Shown here piece by piece: positions 54,189 to 63,607 of a stretch of DNA of 64,000 nucleotides. The stretch is from assembly GCA_965261105.1 (NCBI GenBank), contig CBDHCM010000006.1, positions 1,540,405 through 1,604,404 on the forward strand, written 5' to 3'. The stretch comes from Candidatus Aldehydirespirator sp. Lineage in GTDB: Bacteria > Actinomycetota > Acidimicrobiia > Acidimicrobiales > Aldehydirespiratoraceae. Position numbers and translations under genes: made by a program. Each line of letters starts with the position of its first letter. Positions within the stretch are counted from its first letter, which is position 1. Below the pieces are notes generated by a model that saw only the letters and a program-made list of their open reading frames with translations, searched no databases and was not told the DNA's origin.

Positions 54189-54983
54189 TCACCCGCCGGG
54201 CCGGCAATGATCATGGCGGGTCACGGTGGCAATGTCGGGCATTGTCACGTCGATTTTTGTGATGCACTCGAGTTCGGTGCCCGCCAGCACGGCACGAACC
54301 GCGTTCATCTTGTCTTCCAACAGGACCGGCTCGCCAAGGACCACTGCGGCTCCGCCGCGCAATTTCAGGCCGAGCCGCTCGCCGCCGGCGTCGAGCGTGA
54401 CGGTTGTCAACCAGGAGCGCAGGTCGTCGGGCATGGCGGCGACGACGGCCAGCGGACCGTCCGCCGCGGTGTGTATCTCGCCGAGCCGACCCGCGAATGG
54501 CACGGAAACGCGTGTCACCTCAAGCGGCTCGGCCGTGGACGGCGCCCAGTCGATCGCGTACCCGTGGGCGTCAATCAGCGCCGTGCGGCCCCCGGAGGCG
54601 GGGACCGCGGCCACCGGCACGCGGGGCTCGACTGCGATGCGCACCGTGGCCGGCCAGTCCCGCCACACCCGCGCCGACCTAACCCACGGCAGCGAAGCAA
54701 CTGACCTCTCGGCCGCCTCGAGGTCCAGCGAGAGCATCGGCATGCCGGTGGACAAGCCCGTTTGCTCGAGGATCTCGTCGCTTCGATCGGCGGCGGCGTG
54801 GCCGATGTCGACCCGGTCGACGTCCATCAGCGGCGTGCGGCTGATGCCGAACGCGGCCGCAGCCGCCAGCGCGACGCATGCCAGGGTGGCCAGGATGTGC
54901 AGGCGCCGGCGACCATGCGCCCGCAGCACCGCGGTTCGTCGAGCCCTCATGCGCGGGTCCACGGCTACGGCCGCATCGCTCAC
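54189..54983 (-). CDS. ftsQ: Cell division protein FtsQ/DivIB
   Basis: Basic N-terminus, a single TM (LHILATLACVALAAAAAFGI), then a POTRA-like region. It sits in the conserved position. Confidence 0.85.
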   Translation of the reverse strand: MSDAAVAVDPRMRARRTAVLRAHGRRRLHILATLACVALAAAAAFGISRTPLMDVDRVDIGHAAADRSDEILEQTGLSTGMPMLSLDLEAAERSVASLPWVRSARVWRDWPATVRIAVEPRVPVAAVPASGGRTALIDAHGYAIDWAPSTAEPLEVTRVSVPFAGRLGEIHTAADGPLAVVAAMPDDLRSWLTTVTLDAGGERLGLKLRGGAAVVLGEPVLLEDKMNAVRAVLAGTELECITKIDVTMPDIATVTRHDHCRPGG

Positions 54984-55939
54984 GGCATCTGCCAGGCCTC
55001 GAAGCCCACGAGACGGGTCTCCATGGCGAGCTCCACGCCGTGGTCCGCCTCAACCCGGCGGCGCACTTCGCGCATGACCTCGACGATGTCGGCGGCGCAG
55101 CCTCCCTCGTCGGACTGGATGAAGTTCGCGTGCTTGGACGAGACCTCCGCCGAGCCGATCCGGAGGCCCCTGGCGCCTGCGGACTCTATGAGGGCGCCCG
55201 CCGCGGCGTGCTCGGGGTTCGTGAACACCGACCCCGCGTTGCGACCCCCAGGCTGGTTGGCCCGTCGCCACTGAACTATCTCGGCCAGCTCTCGCCGGGC
55301 CGCCGACCGGTCCCCATATCTCAACTGGAGCTTTATGGACGCCACCACCTGGTGATTGGCGATGCTGCTGGAGCGGTAGCCGAGATGGAGGTCTGCGGCG
55401 GCGCGCACAGCCGCACCCCCCCGATGAAGGTCGACCACGACGGCGTCGACCAGCGACTCCGACATGTCCGAGCCGTGGCCGCCCGCGTTCATGCGGACCG
55501 CTCCGCCGACGGTTCCGGGAACGCCCACGGCCCATTCGAAGCCGGTCAGGCCCGCACCGGCCGAGGCCCGGGCCAGGACCGGCAGCAGGGCCCCGCCGGA
55601 GGCGGTGACCGTCGTGCGATCTATCTCGAATCCCGCCAGTCCACTGCCGAGGGCGACCGCTAGGCCGTCGAAGCCCCGGTCGGCGACCAGCAGGTTGGAC
55701 CCACGTCCGACCACGAGCACCGGCGTGGGTCCGGTGGCGGCGGCCGAGGCGGAGACGATGGAGGACAGCGTGTCGAGTTCGGCCCGGTCGTTCACGGTGA
55801 CGAAGAGCTGCGCCGGCCCTCCGACTCGGTAAGTGGTGTGGGGAGCCAGACCGTAGTCGCGCCTCAGCGACGGACCGAGCAGCGAGTCGGCCAGCCTGCG
55901 GTCCAGATCGGCCGGCAAGTGCCGCACGGCGGCGGTCAT
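54980..55939 (-). CDS. murB: UDP-N-acetylenolpyruvoylglucosamine reductase
   Basis: TTYRVGGPAQLFV...VVGRGSNLLV...GTVGGAVRMNAGGHG...GSVFTNP...SSKHANFI. Confidence 0.9.
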   Translation of the reverse strand: MTAAVRHLPADLDRRLADSLLGPSLRRDYGLAPHTTYRVGGPAQLFVTVNDRAELDTLSSIVSASAAATGPTPVLVVGRGSNLLVADRGFDGLAVALGSGLAGFEIDRTTVTASGGALLPVLARASAGAGLTGFEWAVGVPGTVGGAVRMNAGGHGSDMSESLVDAVVVDLHRGGAAVRAAADLHLGYRSSSIANHQVVASIKLQLRYGDRSAARRELAEIVQWRRANQPGGRNAGSVFTNPEHAAAGALIESAGARGLRIGSAEVSSKHANFIQSDEGGCAADIVEVMREVRRRVEADHGVELAMETRLVGFEAWQMP

Positions 55940-57351
55940 CGGCCCGCCTTCGCCGGCTCAGGCTGCCGGCGGGGCGGACGGGCCCCGAGGCGCTCGATCA
56001 CCATGTCCGGCACCGACGTGAGGTCGCCGGCGCCGAGCGTCAGGCAGAGGTCGCCGGGGCGCAGCCGGCCCACCAGCCAGTCGGCGACCTCGTCGAGCCG
56101 GGGCAGCCACGTCACCGACGACCACGGATGGGCGTCGAGCACCGCGTCGAGCACGACCTTGGATGTCACCCCTGGCCGGGGGGCCTCGCCCGACGGGTAG
56201 ATCCCGGTGAGCACTAGGTGGTTGGCGTCGGTGAAGGAGTGCGCGAAGTCAGCGCCGATCGATGCGATGCGGCTGTAGCGGTGCGGCTGGAAGACGCACA
56301 CCACCCTGCGCCAGTCACCGGTGCGGGCCGCGGCGAGCGCCGCGGCGACCTCGCTGGGAAGGTGGGCGTAGTCGTCCACGAACGTGACGCCCGCGACATC
56401 GCCGCGGAACTCGAAGCGGCGCGCCACGCCCCCGAATCGGGCCAACGCTCGGGCCGCGTCGTCGAACGAAGCGCCCGCGGCCATTGCCGTCACTGCCGCA
56501 GCGGCCGCGTTGCGGGCATTGTGCAGGCCCGGGGTCGGCAGGGTGATGCGTCCCAGTCTGGCCTGCCCGTTGTACAGGTCGAAGGCGGACACGGGCATCT
56601 GCAGCGAGACGGCGCTCATGCGGAAGTCGGCGTCGGGGCCGGTTCCGTAGGTCACGGCGCCGGCGGCGGCGCCGAGCCGGGCCGCAACCGGGTCGTCCGC
56701 GCACACGACTCGGTGGCGGGCTGAGGCCAGGAAGCTGCCGAAGGCGTCGACGAGGGCGGATGGCGTGCCGTGGTAGGTGTCCAAGTGATCGGGCTCGACG
56801 CTGGTCACCACGGCCACCTCGGCGTCGATGGACAGGAAGGTCCGGTCGCTCTCGTCGGCCTCCACCACGAACCATTCGCCGGTGTCCCACATCGCTCCGG
56901 TGCCGATCTCGTTGACGTCGCCGCCGATGATGAACGAGGGGTTGAGTCCCGCCTCCCGCAGCGCCAGGGCCAGCATCGAGCTGGTCGTGGTCTTGCCGTG
57001 CGTGCCGGCCACCGCGATCGTCCTGCGGCGGGAGGCGATGGCGGGCAGGATCTCGCTGCGACGCACCACGGGGACGCCGCGGCCCACCGCCGCCCGGACC
57101 TCGGGGTTGCTGTCGCGGATGGCCGAGGAAATGGCGACCAGGGCGGCGTCGGCGACGTTGGCGGGATCGTGGCCGATGGTGATCGGCACTCCCTCGGCCC
57201 GGAGCCTGGCCACCACCGGACCGTCGCGCAGATCCGACCCCGACACCCGGTGGCCCATCGAGCGCAGCACCGACGCGATGGCGCCCATGCCTGCTCCGCC
57301 CGCACCCACCACATGGATCGCCTGGGGCACCGAGAGGTCGATGGGACTCAC
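55936..57351 (-). CDS. murC: UDP-N-acetylmuramate--L-alanine ligase
   Basis: From GTG 57351: IHVVGAGGAGMGAIASVL...IAVAGTHGKTTTSSML...VVEADESDRTFL. Confidence 0.9.
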   Translation of the reverse strand: MSPIDLSVPQAIHVVGAGGAGMGAIASVLRSMGHRVSGSDLRDGPVVARLRAEGVPITIGHDPANVADAALVAISSAIRDSNPEVRAAVGRGVPVVRRSEILPAIASRRRTIAVAGTHGKTTTSSMLALALREAGLNPSFIIGGDVNEIGTGAMWDTGEWFVVEADESDRTFLSIDAEVAVVTSVEPDHLDTYHGTPSALVDAFGSFLASARHRVVCADDPVAARLGAAAGAVTYGTGPDADFRMSAVSLQMPVSAFDLYNGQARLGRITLPTPGLHNARNAAAAAVTAMAAGASFDDAARALARFGGVARRFEFRGDVAGVTFVDDYAHLPSEVAAALAAARTGDWRRVVCVFQPHRYSRIASIGADFAHSFTDANHLVLTGIYPSGEAPRPGVTSKVVLDAVLDAHPWSSVTWLPRLDEVADWLVGRLRPGDLCLTLGAGDLTSVPDMVIERLGARPPRRQPEPAKAGR

Positions 57352-58535
57352 TTGGTGGCCTCCCGCTCGCGCGGGCGCGGCCGGGTCGCGCACCTCTCGG
57401 CTAGATCCACCACCGCGCGGGCCGCATCGGGCCGGGCCAGCGCTCCGGCGGCTCCGGCCATGGAGGCGAGGCGATCGGGATCCGCCAGCAGGGCGTCGAC
57501 CTCCGAGGCGAGGCGGGCCCCGTCGAGTTCGGCGTCGCTGACGATGACTGCCCCGCCGGCCGCGGCAAGCCGGCGGGCGTTGGCGGTCTGGTGATCGCCG
57601 GGCGCTCCCGGCAGCGGCACGAGCACCGCCGGCACGCCCACCGAGGCCAGTTCGGCCACCGTGGTGGCGCCGGCTCGGCTTACCACCAGGTCGGCTGCCG
57701 CATAGACGGCTGCCATGTTCTCCTCGTAGGCGACCAGGTCGTATGCCGGCGCGCCCTCTCGGTCTGCGGCCCCGCGGCGCGACAGGTCGTCGTAGTCGCG
57801 GCGCCCCGCGATGTGGCGGATGTGGAGATCGCCTCGGGCCCCCCACAGCTCCACCGCCCCGGCTACGGCCTCGTTGATTCTCCGGGAGCCGAGGGAGCCT
57901 CCGAACACGGCCACGAGGCGGCGCTCGGTGTCCACGCCCAGCGCGGCCCGCGCCGCGGCTCTCCCCGCGGCGCGGTCGGCGGCCAGCACCTCTGTCCGCA
58001 CCGGGTTGCCGGTCCAGGTGGCGCCGGGCAGGTCGGTGGCCTCGAAGGCGGTGGCTGCGCCCGCCGCGAACCGGCCCAGCAGCCGGTTGGCCAGGCCCGG
58101 CACGGCGTTCTGCTCGGCGATCACCAGCGGCACGCGCAGCAGGGCCGCGGCCGCTCCGCAGGCCGCCGAGGCGTAGCCGCCCAACCCCAGGACGACCGCG
58201 GGCCGGCGGCGTCTCAGGACGATCACGGCCTGCACGAAGGCCCGGGCGAGTCCGGCCGCGGCGGCCACGTTGGACAGGGCGAGCCTGCGCTGCAAACCCC
58301 GTCCCGGCAGCGCGGTGAGTCCGAATCCCGCCTCGACAACCAGCCGGGTCTCGACGCCCCGAGAGCTGCCGACGAAGTGCACGGCCTCGCGGGGAGCGCC
58401 CCGTTCGACGATCTCGCGGCCGATGCTGATTCCCGGCAGCACGTGGCCCGCCGTACCGCCGCCGGCGATCACGGCCCAGGTGGCGCCGGAGTGTCCGCTC
58501 GCCCGCGGCGGCCGTCGCGACGCTGACACCCTCAT
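57348..58535 (-). CDS. murG: Undecaprenyldiphospho-muramoylpentapeptide beta-N-acetylglucosaminyltransferase
   Basis: From ATG 58535: VIAGGGTAGHVLPGISI...GGSLGSRRINEAV...VSRAGATTVAELASVGVPAVLVPLP. Confidence 0.9.
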   Translation of the reverse strand: MRVSASRRPPRASGHSGATWAVIAGGGTAGHVLPGISIGREIVERGAPREAVHFVGSSRGVETRLVVEAGFGLTALPGRGLQRRLALSNVAAAAGLARAFVQAVIVLRRRRPAVVLGLGGYASAACGAAAALLRVPLVIAEQNAVPGLANRLLGRFAAGAATAFEATDLPGATWTGNPVRTEVLAADRAAGRAAARAALGVDTERRLVAVFGGSLGSRRINEAVAGAVELWGARGDLHIRHIAGRRDYDDLSRRGAADREGAPAYDLVAYEENMAAVYAAADLVVSRAGATTVAELASVGVPAVLVPLPGAPGDHQTANARRLAAAGGAVIVSDAELDGARLASEVDALLADPDRLASMAGAAGALARPDAARAVVDLAERCATRPRPREREATK

Positions 58536-59734
58536 CGGATCTGCCTCGCCACGTTGAGCAGCACTCCCATCGCGGCCATGGTCGTCACCAGGGAACTTCC
58601 GCCGAACGACAGCAGCGGAAGGGTGATACCGACAACCGGGAACACCGCAACAACGGCGCCGATGTTCAGCGCTGCCTGGAGGATGATCCACGATGTGATG
58701 CCCACTGCGAGCAGCATTCCGAAGCGGTCCGGAGCCCTCAGCGCCACGCCCAGGCCCGTGGCCCCGATCACCACGAACAGCAGCACCACGAAAAGCGAGC
58801 CGACCATGCCGAGCTCTTCGCCTATTACCGCGAAGATGAAGTCGGTGTGCGCATACGGCAGGAAGCCCCACTTTGCCCGCCCGGAGCCGAGCCCCAATCC
58901 CTCGATGCCGCCCGAAGCCATGGCGTGCAGCGACTGGAGTGTCTGGTAGCCGTTGCCGAAGGGGTCTTCCCAAGGGTCGATGAAGCCCAGTATGCGCGCC
59001 CTGCGCCAGGGAGAGTAGGCGATCAGCAGTGCGGACAAGCAGGCTCCGACCATGCAGGCCAAGGCCAGGTGGGACAGCCGCGCGCCCGCGAAGTACAGCA
59101 TCGCGACGGCCACGCCGGCAATCAGGAGGCTCGCTCCAAGATGGGGTTGCATCATCAGAAGCGCAGCCATGAGCCCTGTTAGCGCGAGGACAGGCTGGAG
59201 GGTGGACCGAGTGTCCTCCATGGGCCGCTCGGGCCGAGAAAGCAGATCCGCCACGAAGACCACGAAAGCGAGCTTGGCCGCCTCCGACGGCTGGAAGACG
59301 ATCGAGCCCACCCCGAGCCAGCGCCGGGCGCCGTTGGCGCTGAGACCCACGCTGGGCACGGCAGTGAGTGCCAGCAGCAGCAGGGACGCGCCCATGCCCA
59401 GAGCTGCGGGTCGCCGCCAGCGGTGGTAGTCCACCCGCAGCAGCGCAAGCACCGCGACCGCGCCGACGGCGAGCCACCTGGCCTGGCTCTTGAACAGAGA
59501 CCACGCTGAGTCTGTGCCGGACAAGCTGGGAGCCGCCGTGGCCGACAGCGCCATGACCAGGCCCAGCAGAGCTAGCGCGGCCACGGCCATGAAGAGAACC
59601 AGGAACAGGCCGGTGCGCCGGCCCATCGGGGGCCGCGGGCCGCTGCCGTCGGGCTGCGCTCTGGCCGCCGCGTGCCGGGATCGCGCCTCGAGCTGCGCCT
59701 GCCGGCGACCCCGGGAGTGTCTGGTCGCGATCAT
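58532..59734 (-). CDS. ftsW: SEDS-family peptidoglycan glycosyltransferase FtsW
   Basis: From ATG 59734. Polytopic, with FQPSEAAKLAFVVF and PYAHTDFIFAVIGEELG. Confidence 0.9.
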   Translation of the reverse strand: MIATRHSRGRRQAQLEARSRHAAARAQPDGSGPRPPMGRRTGLFLVLFMAVAALALLGLVMALSATAAPSLSGTDSAWSLFKSQARWLAVGAVAVLALLRVDYHRWRRPAALGMGASLLLLALTAVPSVGLSANGARRWLGVGSIVFQPSEAAKLAFVVFVADLLSRPERPMEDTRSTLQPVLALTGLMAALLMMQPHLGASLLIAGVAVAMLYFAGARLSHLALACMVGACLSALLIAYSPWRRARILGFIDPWEDPFGNGYQTLQSLHAMASGGIEGLGLGSGRAKWGFLPYAHTDFIFAVIGEELGMVGSLFVVLLFVVIGATGLGVALRAPDRFGMLLAVGITSWIILQAALNIGAVVAVFPVVGITLPLLSFGGSSLVTTMAAMGVLLNVARQIR

Positions 59735-61104
59735 GACGGCATCGCCGGGCAGCCGGCTCGCAGCGCGAGCTCCCTCACTAGGCGGGCGAAGTCCTCGCCA
59801 CGCGCCGCGTATCCCGAGTAGCGGTCGAAGGAGGCACAGGCGGGCGAGAGCAGCACGGCCGAGCCCGGCACCGCCGCGGAGGCGGCCAGCTCCACGGCCT
59901 CGCCCATGTCGCCCGCGACGAGCACCGGCCGCTCGGCCGCGAAGACCTCGGCCACCTCGGCGGCTGCCTCGCCGAAGGCCACCACGCAGCTCAGCCTGTC
60001 GACCGCGTCGAGCAACTTGCTGAGATCGAGGCCCTTGTTGCGGCCGCCCGCGATCAGCACGGCCGCCTCGAAGCCCCGCACCGCAGCGACCGTGGCGTGG
60101 GGAGTGGTTGCCTTGGAGTCGTCGTAGTAGGCGACACCGCCGATACAGGCCACCATCTGCACTCGATGGGCGCCCGGCTCGAACGAGCAGAGGGCCTGGC
60201 CCAGCCCCTCCACCGTTGCGCCCACTGCGGTTGAGGTGGCCGCAGCCGCCAGAGCGTTGGCGATGTCGTGGGGCATGGTCCGGCGCAGATCCCGCACCGG
60301 AATCACGGGCCCCAGGGGGCCGGTCAGCACCTCGGTGTGGCGGTGCCAGTCGGCTGGGCCCTCCTGCGCGAACGTCCAAGCGTCGCGGCCGTCGGGAAGG
60401 TGGCCCATGACGGTCGGATCCAGCCGGTTGGCGATCGCGGTCGCGCCCGGCGGCAGGCATTGCCACAGCCGGGCCTTGGCCGCCTCGTACGAGGCCAGGT
60501 CGCGGTGGACGTCGAGATGGTCGGGAGCGAAGTTGAGCCAGCATGCCGCCTGAGGCTCGAAGCAGCGGCTGTGGGCGAGGCGGAACGACGACGCCTCGAC
60601 CACGAACACCTCGACGTCGGCCCGCTCGATCGCGGTCACGAGGGGGAGGTCGTTGTTGCCCGCAGCCACCGAGGGCACGCCCGAGAACCTCAGCGCGGCC
60701 ACCGCCATCTCGGTGACGGTGGTCTTGCCGCTGGTTCCGGTCACGGCCGCGATGGGCCGTGAGTCCCACGCTCTGGCCAGGTCGAGCTCGCTGGCTGTGG
60801 GCACGCCGCGTGCGGAAGCCGCGGCCAGCGCCCGGTGGTGCTCGGGCAGGCCCGGGGTTGGGATCATGGCGTCGGCGGACCGCACCAGTTGGTCGAGGCG
60901 GCTGTTGTCGGGGGCGATCTCCAGTTCCAGGCCGAGTGCGTCCGCCTCGGCAGTCGCAGTTGTGTCGGGACCGTCGTCGAAGGCCGCCACCGTGTGACCC
61001 CTGGACACGAGCGCCCGGGCCACTGCCCGGTTGGTTGCGCCAAATCCGGCGAGCAGGATCGATGTGGGCACCTCGGCCAGTGCGGTGGTGGCTGTGGGGC
61101 TCAC
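59731..61104 (-). CDS. murD: UDP-N-acetylmuramoylalanine--D-glutamate ligase
   Basis: From GTG 61104: IAAVTGTSGKTTVTEM...YDDSKATTPHATVAA. Confidence 0.9.
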   Translation of the reverse strand: MSPTATTALAEVPTSILLAGFGATNRAVARALVSRGHTVAAFDDGPDTTATAEADALGLELEIAPDNSRLDQLVRSADAMIPTPGLPEHHRALAAASARGVPTASELDLARAWDSRPIAAVTGTSGKTTVTEMAVAALRFSGVPSVAAGNNDLPLVTAIERADVEVFVVEASSFRLAHSRCFEPQAACWLNFAPDHLDVHRDLASYEAAKARLWQCLPPGATAIANRLDPTVMGHLPDGRDAWTFAQEGPADWHRHTEVLTGPLGPVIPVRDLRRTMPHDIANALAAAATSTAVGATVEGLGQALCSFEPGAHRVQMVACIGGVAYYDDSKATTPHATVAAVRGFEAAVLIAGGRNKGLDLSKLLDAVDRLSCVVAFGEAAAEVAEVFAAERPVLVAGDMGEAVELAASAAVPGSAVLLSPACASFDRYSGYAARGEDFARLVRELALRAGCPAMPS

Positions 61105-62153
61105 GGGGTGAGCCTCGAGATCGAGTCCACGATGCCGGAGTTGACCGCGTCTCCGTAGAACAGTCCCAGTCCCAGGCCGGTGCACAGGCCCGACAAGATC
61201 CACAGGCGGATGATGACAGTGGTCTCCGGCCAGCCCCGCAGCTCGAAGTGGTGGTGCAGGGGTGCCATGCGGAACAGCCGGCGGCCGAAGCCACGGAACG
61301 AGACGATCTGCATGATCACCGACAGCGTCTCGATGACGAAGAGCCCGCCGATGATGGGCAGCAAGAGCGCGGTGTTGGTGGCCAAGGCCAGCGCAGCCAG
61401 GCCGCTGCCGAGCGCCAGCGAGCCGGTGTCGCCCATGAATATGCGTGCCGGTGCGGCGTTCCACCACAGGAACCCGATGATCGCCCCCACCATGGCCGCG
61501 CTAACGACGGCGAGGTCGAGGGCGTGGGCCACTTGGTATGACTGGTAGTGGTCGAACTGCCAGAAGCCGATGATCATGAACGCGCCGTAGCCGACCCCGC
61601 TGGCCCCGGCCGCCAGACCGTCGAGTCCGTCGGTCAGGTTCACCGCGTTGGTGGTGGCGATGATGAGAAGGATGGCCCATATCGACCAGCCCGCCCTTCC
61701 CAGCTCTAGGCCGGGGCTGTCGAAGCGGGTGAAGGAGACGGTGGTGTGGGCCGACGTGAACTCCGTCATGGCCCAGGCGAACCCGATGCCGACGGCCAGC
61801 AGCCCGATGATCTTGGTCTTCTTGTTCAGACCGAGGTTGCGCGCCGCCACGACCTTGATCCAGTCGTCGAGCAGGCCCACCAGCCCGGCCGCGATGATGG
61901 TGAGCATCACGATGATGCCGGTCCGGGTGTAGATGCCGCCGACGACGTCGCTGACCACGTATCCGGCGGTGGCGGCGAAGACCACGGCTATGCCGCCCAT
62001 CGTGGGCGTGCCCGACTTGACCCGGTGCTCCTGGGGGCCGTCGTCACGGATGGGTTGGCCTATCCCGTAGTGCACGAGCAGGCGGATGAGGATCCAGCAC
62101 CCCAGCAGGGACACGAACATGGCGATGCTGCCCGCGAGCAGCAGGCGGATCAC
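61101..62153 (-). CDS. mraY: Phospho-N-acetylmuramoyl-pentapeptide transferase
   Basis: From GTG 62153: KSGTPTMGG...LLDDWIKV...NAVNLTDGLDGLA...FMGDTGSLALG...APLHHHFEL. Confidence 0.95.
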   Translation of the reverse strand: MIRLLLAGSIAMFVSLLGCWILIRLLVHYGIGQPIRDDGPQEHRVKSGTPTMGGIAVVFAATAGYVVSDVVGGIYTRTGIIVMLTIIAAGLVGLLDDWIKVVAARNLGLNKKTKIIGLLAVGIGFAWAMTEFTSAHTTVSFTRFDSPGLELGRAGWSIWAILLIIATTNAVNLTDGLDGLAAGASGVGYGAFMIIGFWQFDHYQSYQVAHALDLAVVSAAMVGAIIGFLWWNAAPARIFMGDTGSLALGSGLAALALATNTALLLPIIGGLFVIETLSVIMQIVSFRGFGRRLFRMAPLHHHFELRGWPETTVIIRLWILSGLCTGLGLGLFYGDAVNSGIVDSISRLTP

Positions 62154-63607
62154 CGCTCGGCCTCCGGGGGGGCGCAGGCCGCCAGGCGCGCGATCTCCTC
62201 GCTGACCACGTCCCGGTCGTCGAATGGCAGCCGGTCGCTCCCGACGGTCTGGCTGGTCTCGTGACCCTTGCCTGCGATCAGCACCGTGTCGCCCCGGCGG
62301 GCCGTGGACACTGCGTGCCGCAGCGCGAGGCGCCGGTCGGCGTCGCGCCGGTCGGGAGTCCGGCCCATGCCGGCGACGATCTCGGAGATGATCTGCTCGG
62401 GGTTCTCCGAGCGGGGGTTGTCGCTCGTGACTATCACTCGGTCCGCCAGTCTGTCCGCGGCGGCGCCCATCTCCGGGCGTTTGCGGCGGTCGCGGTCGCC
62501 TCCGGCCCCGAACACCACGGTGAGGCTGCGCTCGGTCAGGCTCCGAGCAGCCTGCAGCACGGCCGCGAGGCCGTCCGGGGTGTGGGCGAAGTCGATGATG
62601 ACCGCGAAGTCCTGCCCGGCCTGCACCGACTCGAACCGGCCGGGCACCGGCGCGGCCTCCGCCAGGCCCGTCGCGGCCACGGCCGGATCCACGCCGAGAG
62701 CGGCGGCCACCTCCGCGGCCAGCACGGCATTGGCCCGGTTGAACGCTCCCCCCAACGGCAGCGTCACCGCCTGGCCGCGCCAGCGGAAGGTGCTTGAGCG
62801 GGCGTCGGCATCGACGACCTCGATCTTGCGCTGGTCCACCTCGATCACGGGCACCTCCGATGCCGCCACCGCCGCGAGGCGGCGTCCCCAATCGCTGGTG
62901 ACGTCCACGACGGCCGTCTCGGTGAGGCCGCTCGTGAACAGCCCGGCCTTGGCGGCGAAGTAATCGTCCATCGATCCGTGGTAGTCGAGGTGGTCGTGGC
63001 CGAGGTTGGTGAACGCGGCCACCCGGAACCGGCATCCGTCCACGCGGTGCTGCACGAGCCCGTGGGAGGAGACCTCGATGACGGCCGCGCTAGCGCCCCG
63101 GCGCAGGGCATGGGCCAGAGCGCGCTGCAGGTCGGTGGCCTCGGGAGTGGTCAGGGTGCCCGTGAGCGTGCCGATCTCGGCCGCGTCGCGCCCTGCGGCC
63201 CCCAGCAGTCCGGCGACCAGGCGGACCGTCGTCGTCTTGCCGTTGGTGCCGGTGACGCCGGCCAAGTCGAGCCGCCGGCCGGGATGGCCGTGAACCGCCG
63301 CCGCGGCTGGGCCCACGGCGCGGCGCACCGACTCCACCACCAGGCAGGGCACTCCCGCAGGCACGGGGCGCTCCACGAGCAGCCCGACCGCCCCGGCGGA
63401 GACAGCCTCGCCTGCGAATCGGTGGCCGTCGTCGACCGCGCCGGGGATGCACGCGAACAGCACGCCGGGTTCCACGAGCCGGCTGTCGTGCTCGACGTCG
63501 TGTACCTGGGGCGAGGCCATCGACGCCGGGTCCTCGGCGCGGTTCGGGCCGTCGAGCGCGACCATGTCGGCTCCCAGCGCGCCTGCCAGCTTGCCGAGGC
63601 TGATCAT
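62150..63607 (-). CDS. murE: UDP-N-acetylmuramoyl-L-alanyl-D-glutamate--2,6-diaminopimelate ligase
   Basis: GVTGTNGKTTT, EVSSHGLVQHRV, FTNLGHDHLDYH, IDFAHTPDGL, GAGGDRDRRKRPEMG and TSDNPRSE (the DNPR motif of mDAP-adding MurE). Confidence 0.9.
   Translation of the reverse strand: MISLGKLAGALGADMVALDGPNRAEDPASMASPQVHDVEHDSRLVEPGVLFACIPGAVDDGHRFAGEAVSAGAVGLLVERPVPAGVPCLVVESVRRAVGPAAAAVHGHPGRRLDLAGVTGTNGKTTTVRLVAGLLGAAGRDAAEIGTLTGTLTTPEATDLQRALAHALRRGASAAVIEVSSHGLVQHRVDGCRFRVAAFTNLGHDHLDYHGSMDDYFAAKAGLFTSGLTETAVVDVTSDWGRRLAAVAASEVPVIEVDQRKIEVVDADARSSTFRWRGQAVTLPLGGAFNRANAVLAAEVAAALGVDPAVAATGLAEAAPVPGRFESVQAGQDFAVIIDFAHTPDGLAAVLQAARSLTERSLTVVFGAGGDRDRRKRPEMGAAADRLADRVIVTSDNPRSENPEQIISEIVAGMGRTPDRRDADRRLALRHAVSTARRGDTVLIAGKGHETSQTVGSDRLPFDDRDVVSEEIARLAACAPPEAER

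Noticed and set aside
62150-63607. Calling this ORF murF, because of its position directly upstream of mraY.
   Set aside because: Its motifs are those of MurE (the DNPR box, GDRD..KRP, TGTNGKTTT with the HLDYH block), not MurF.
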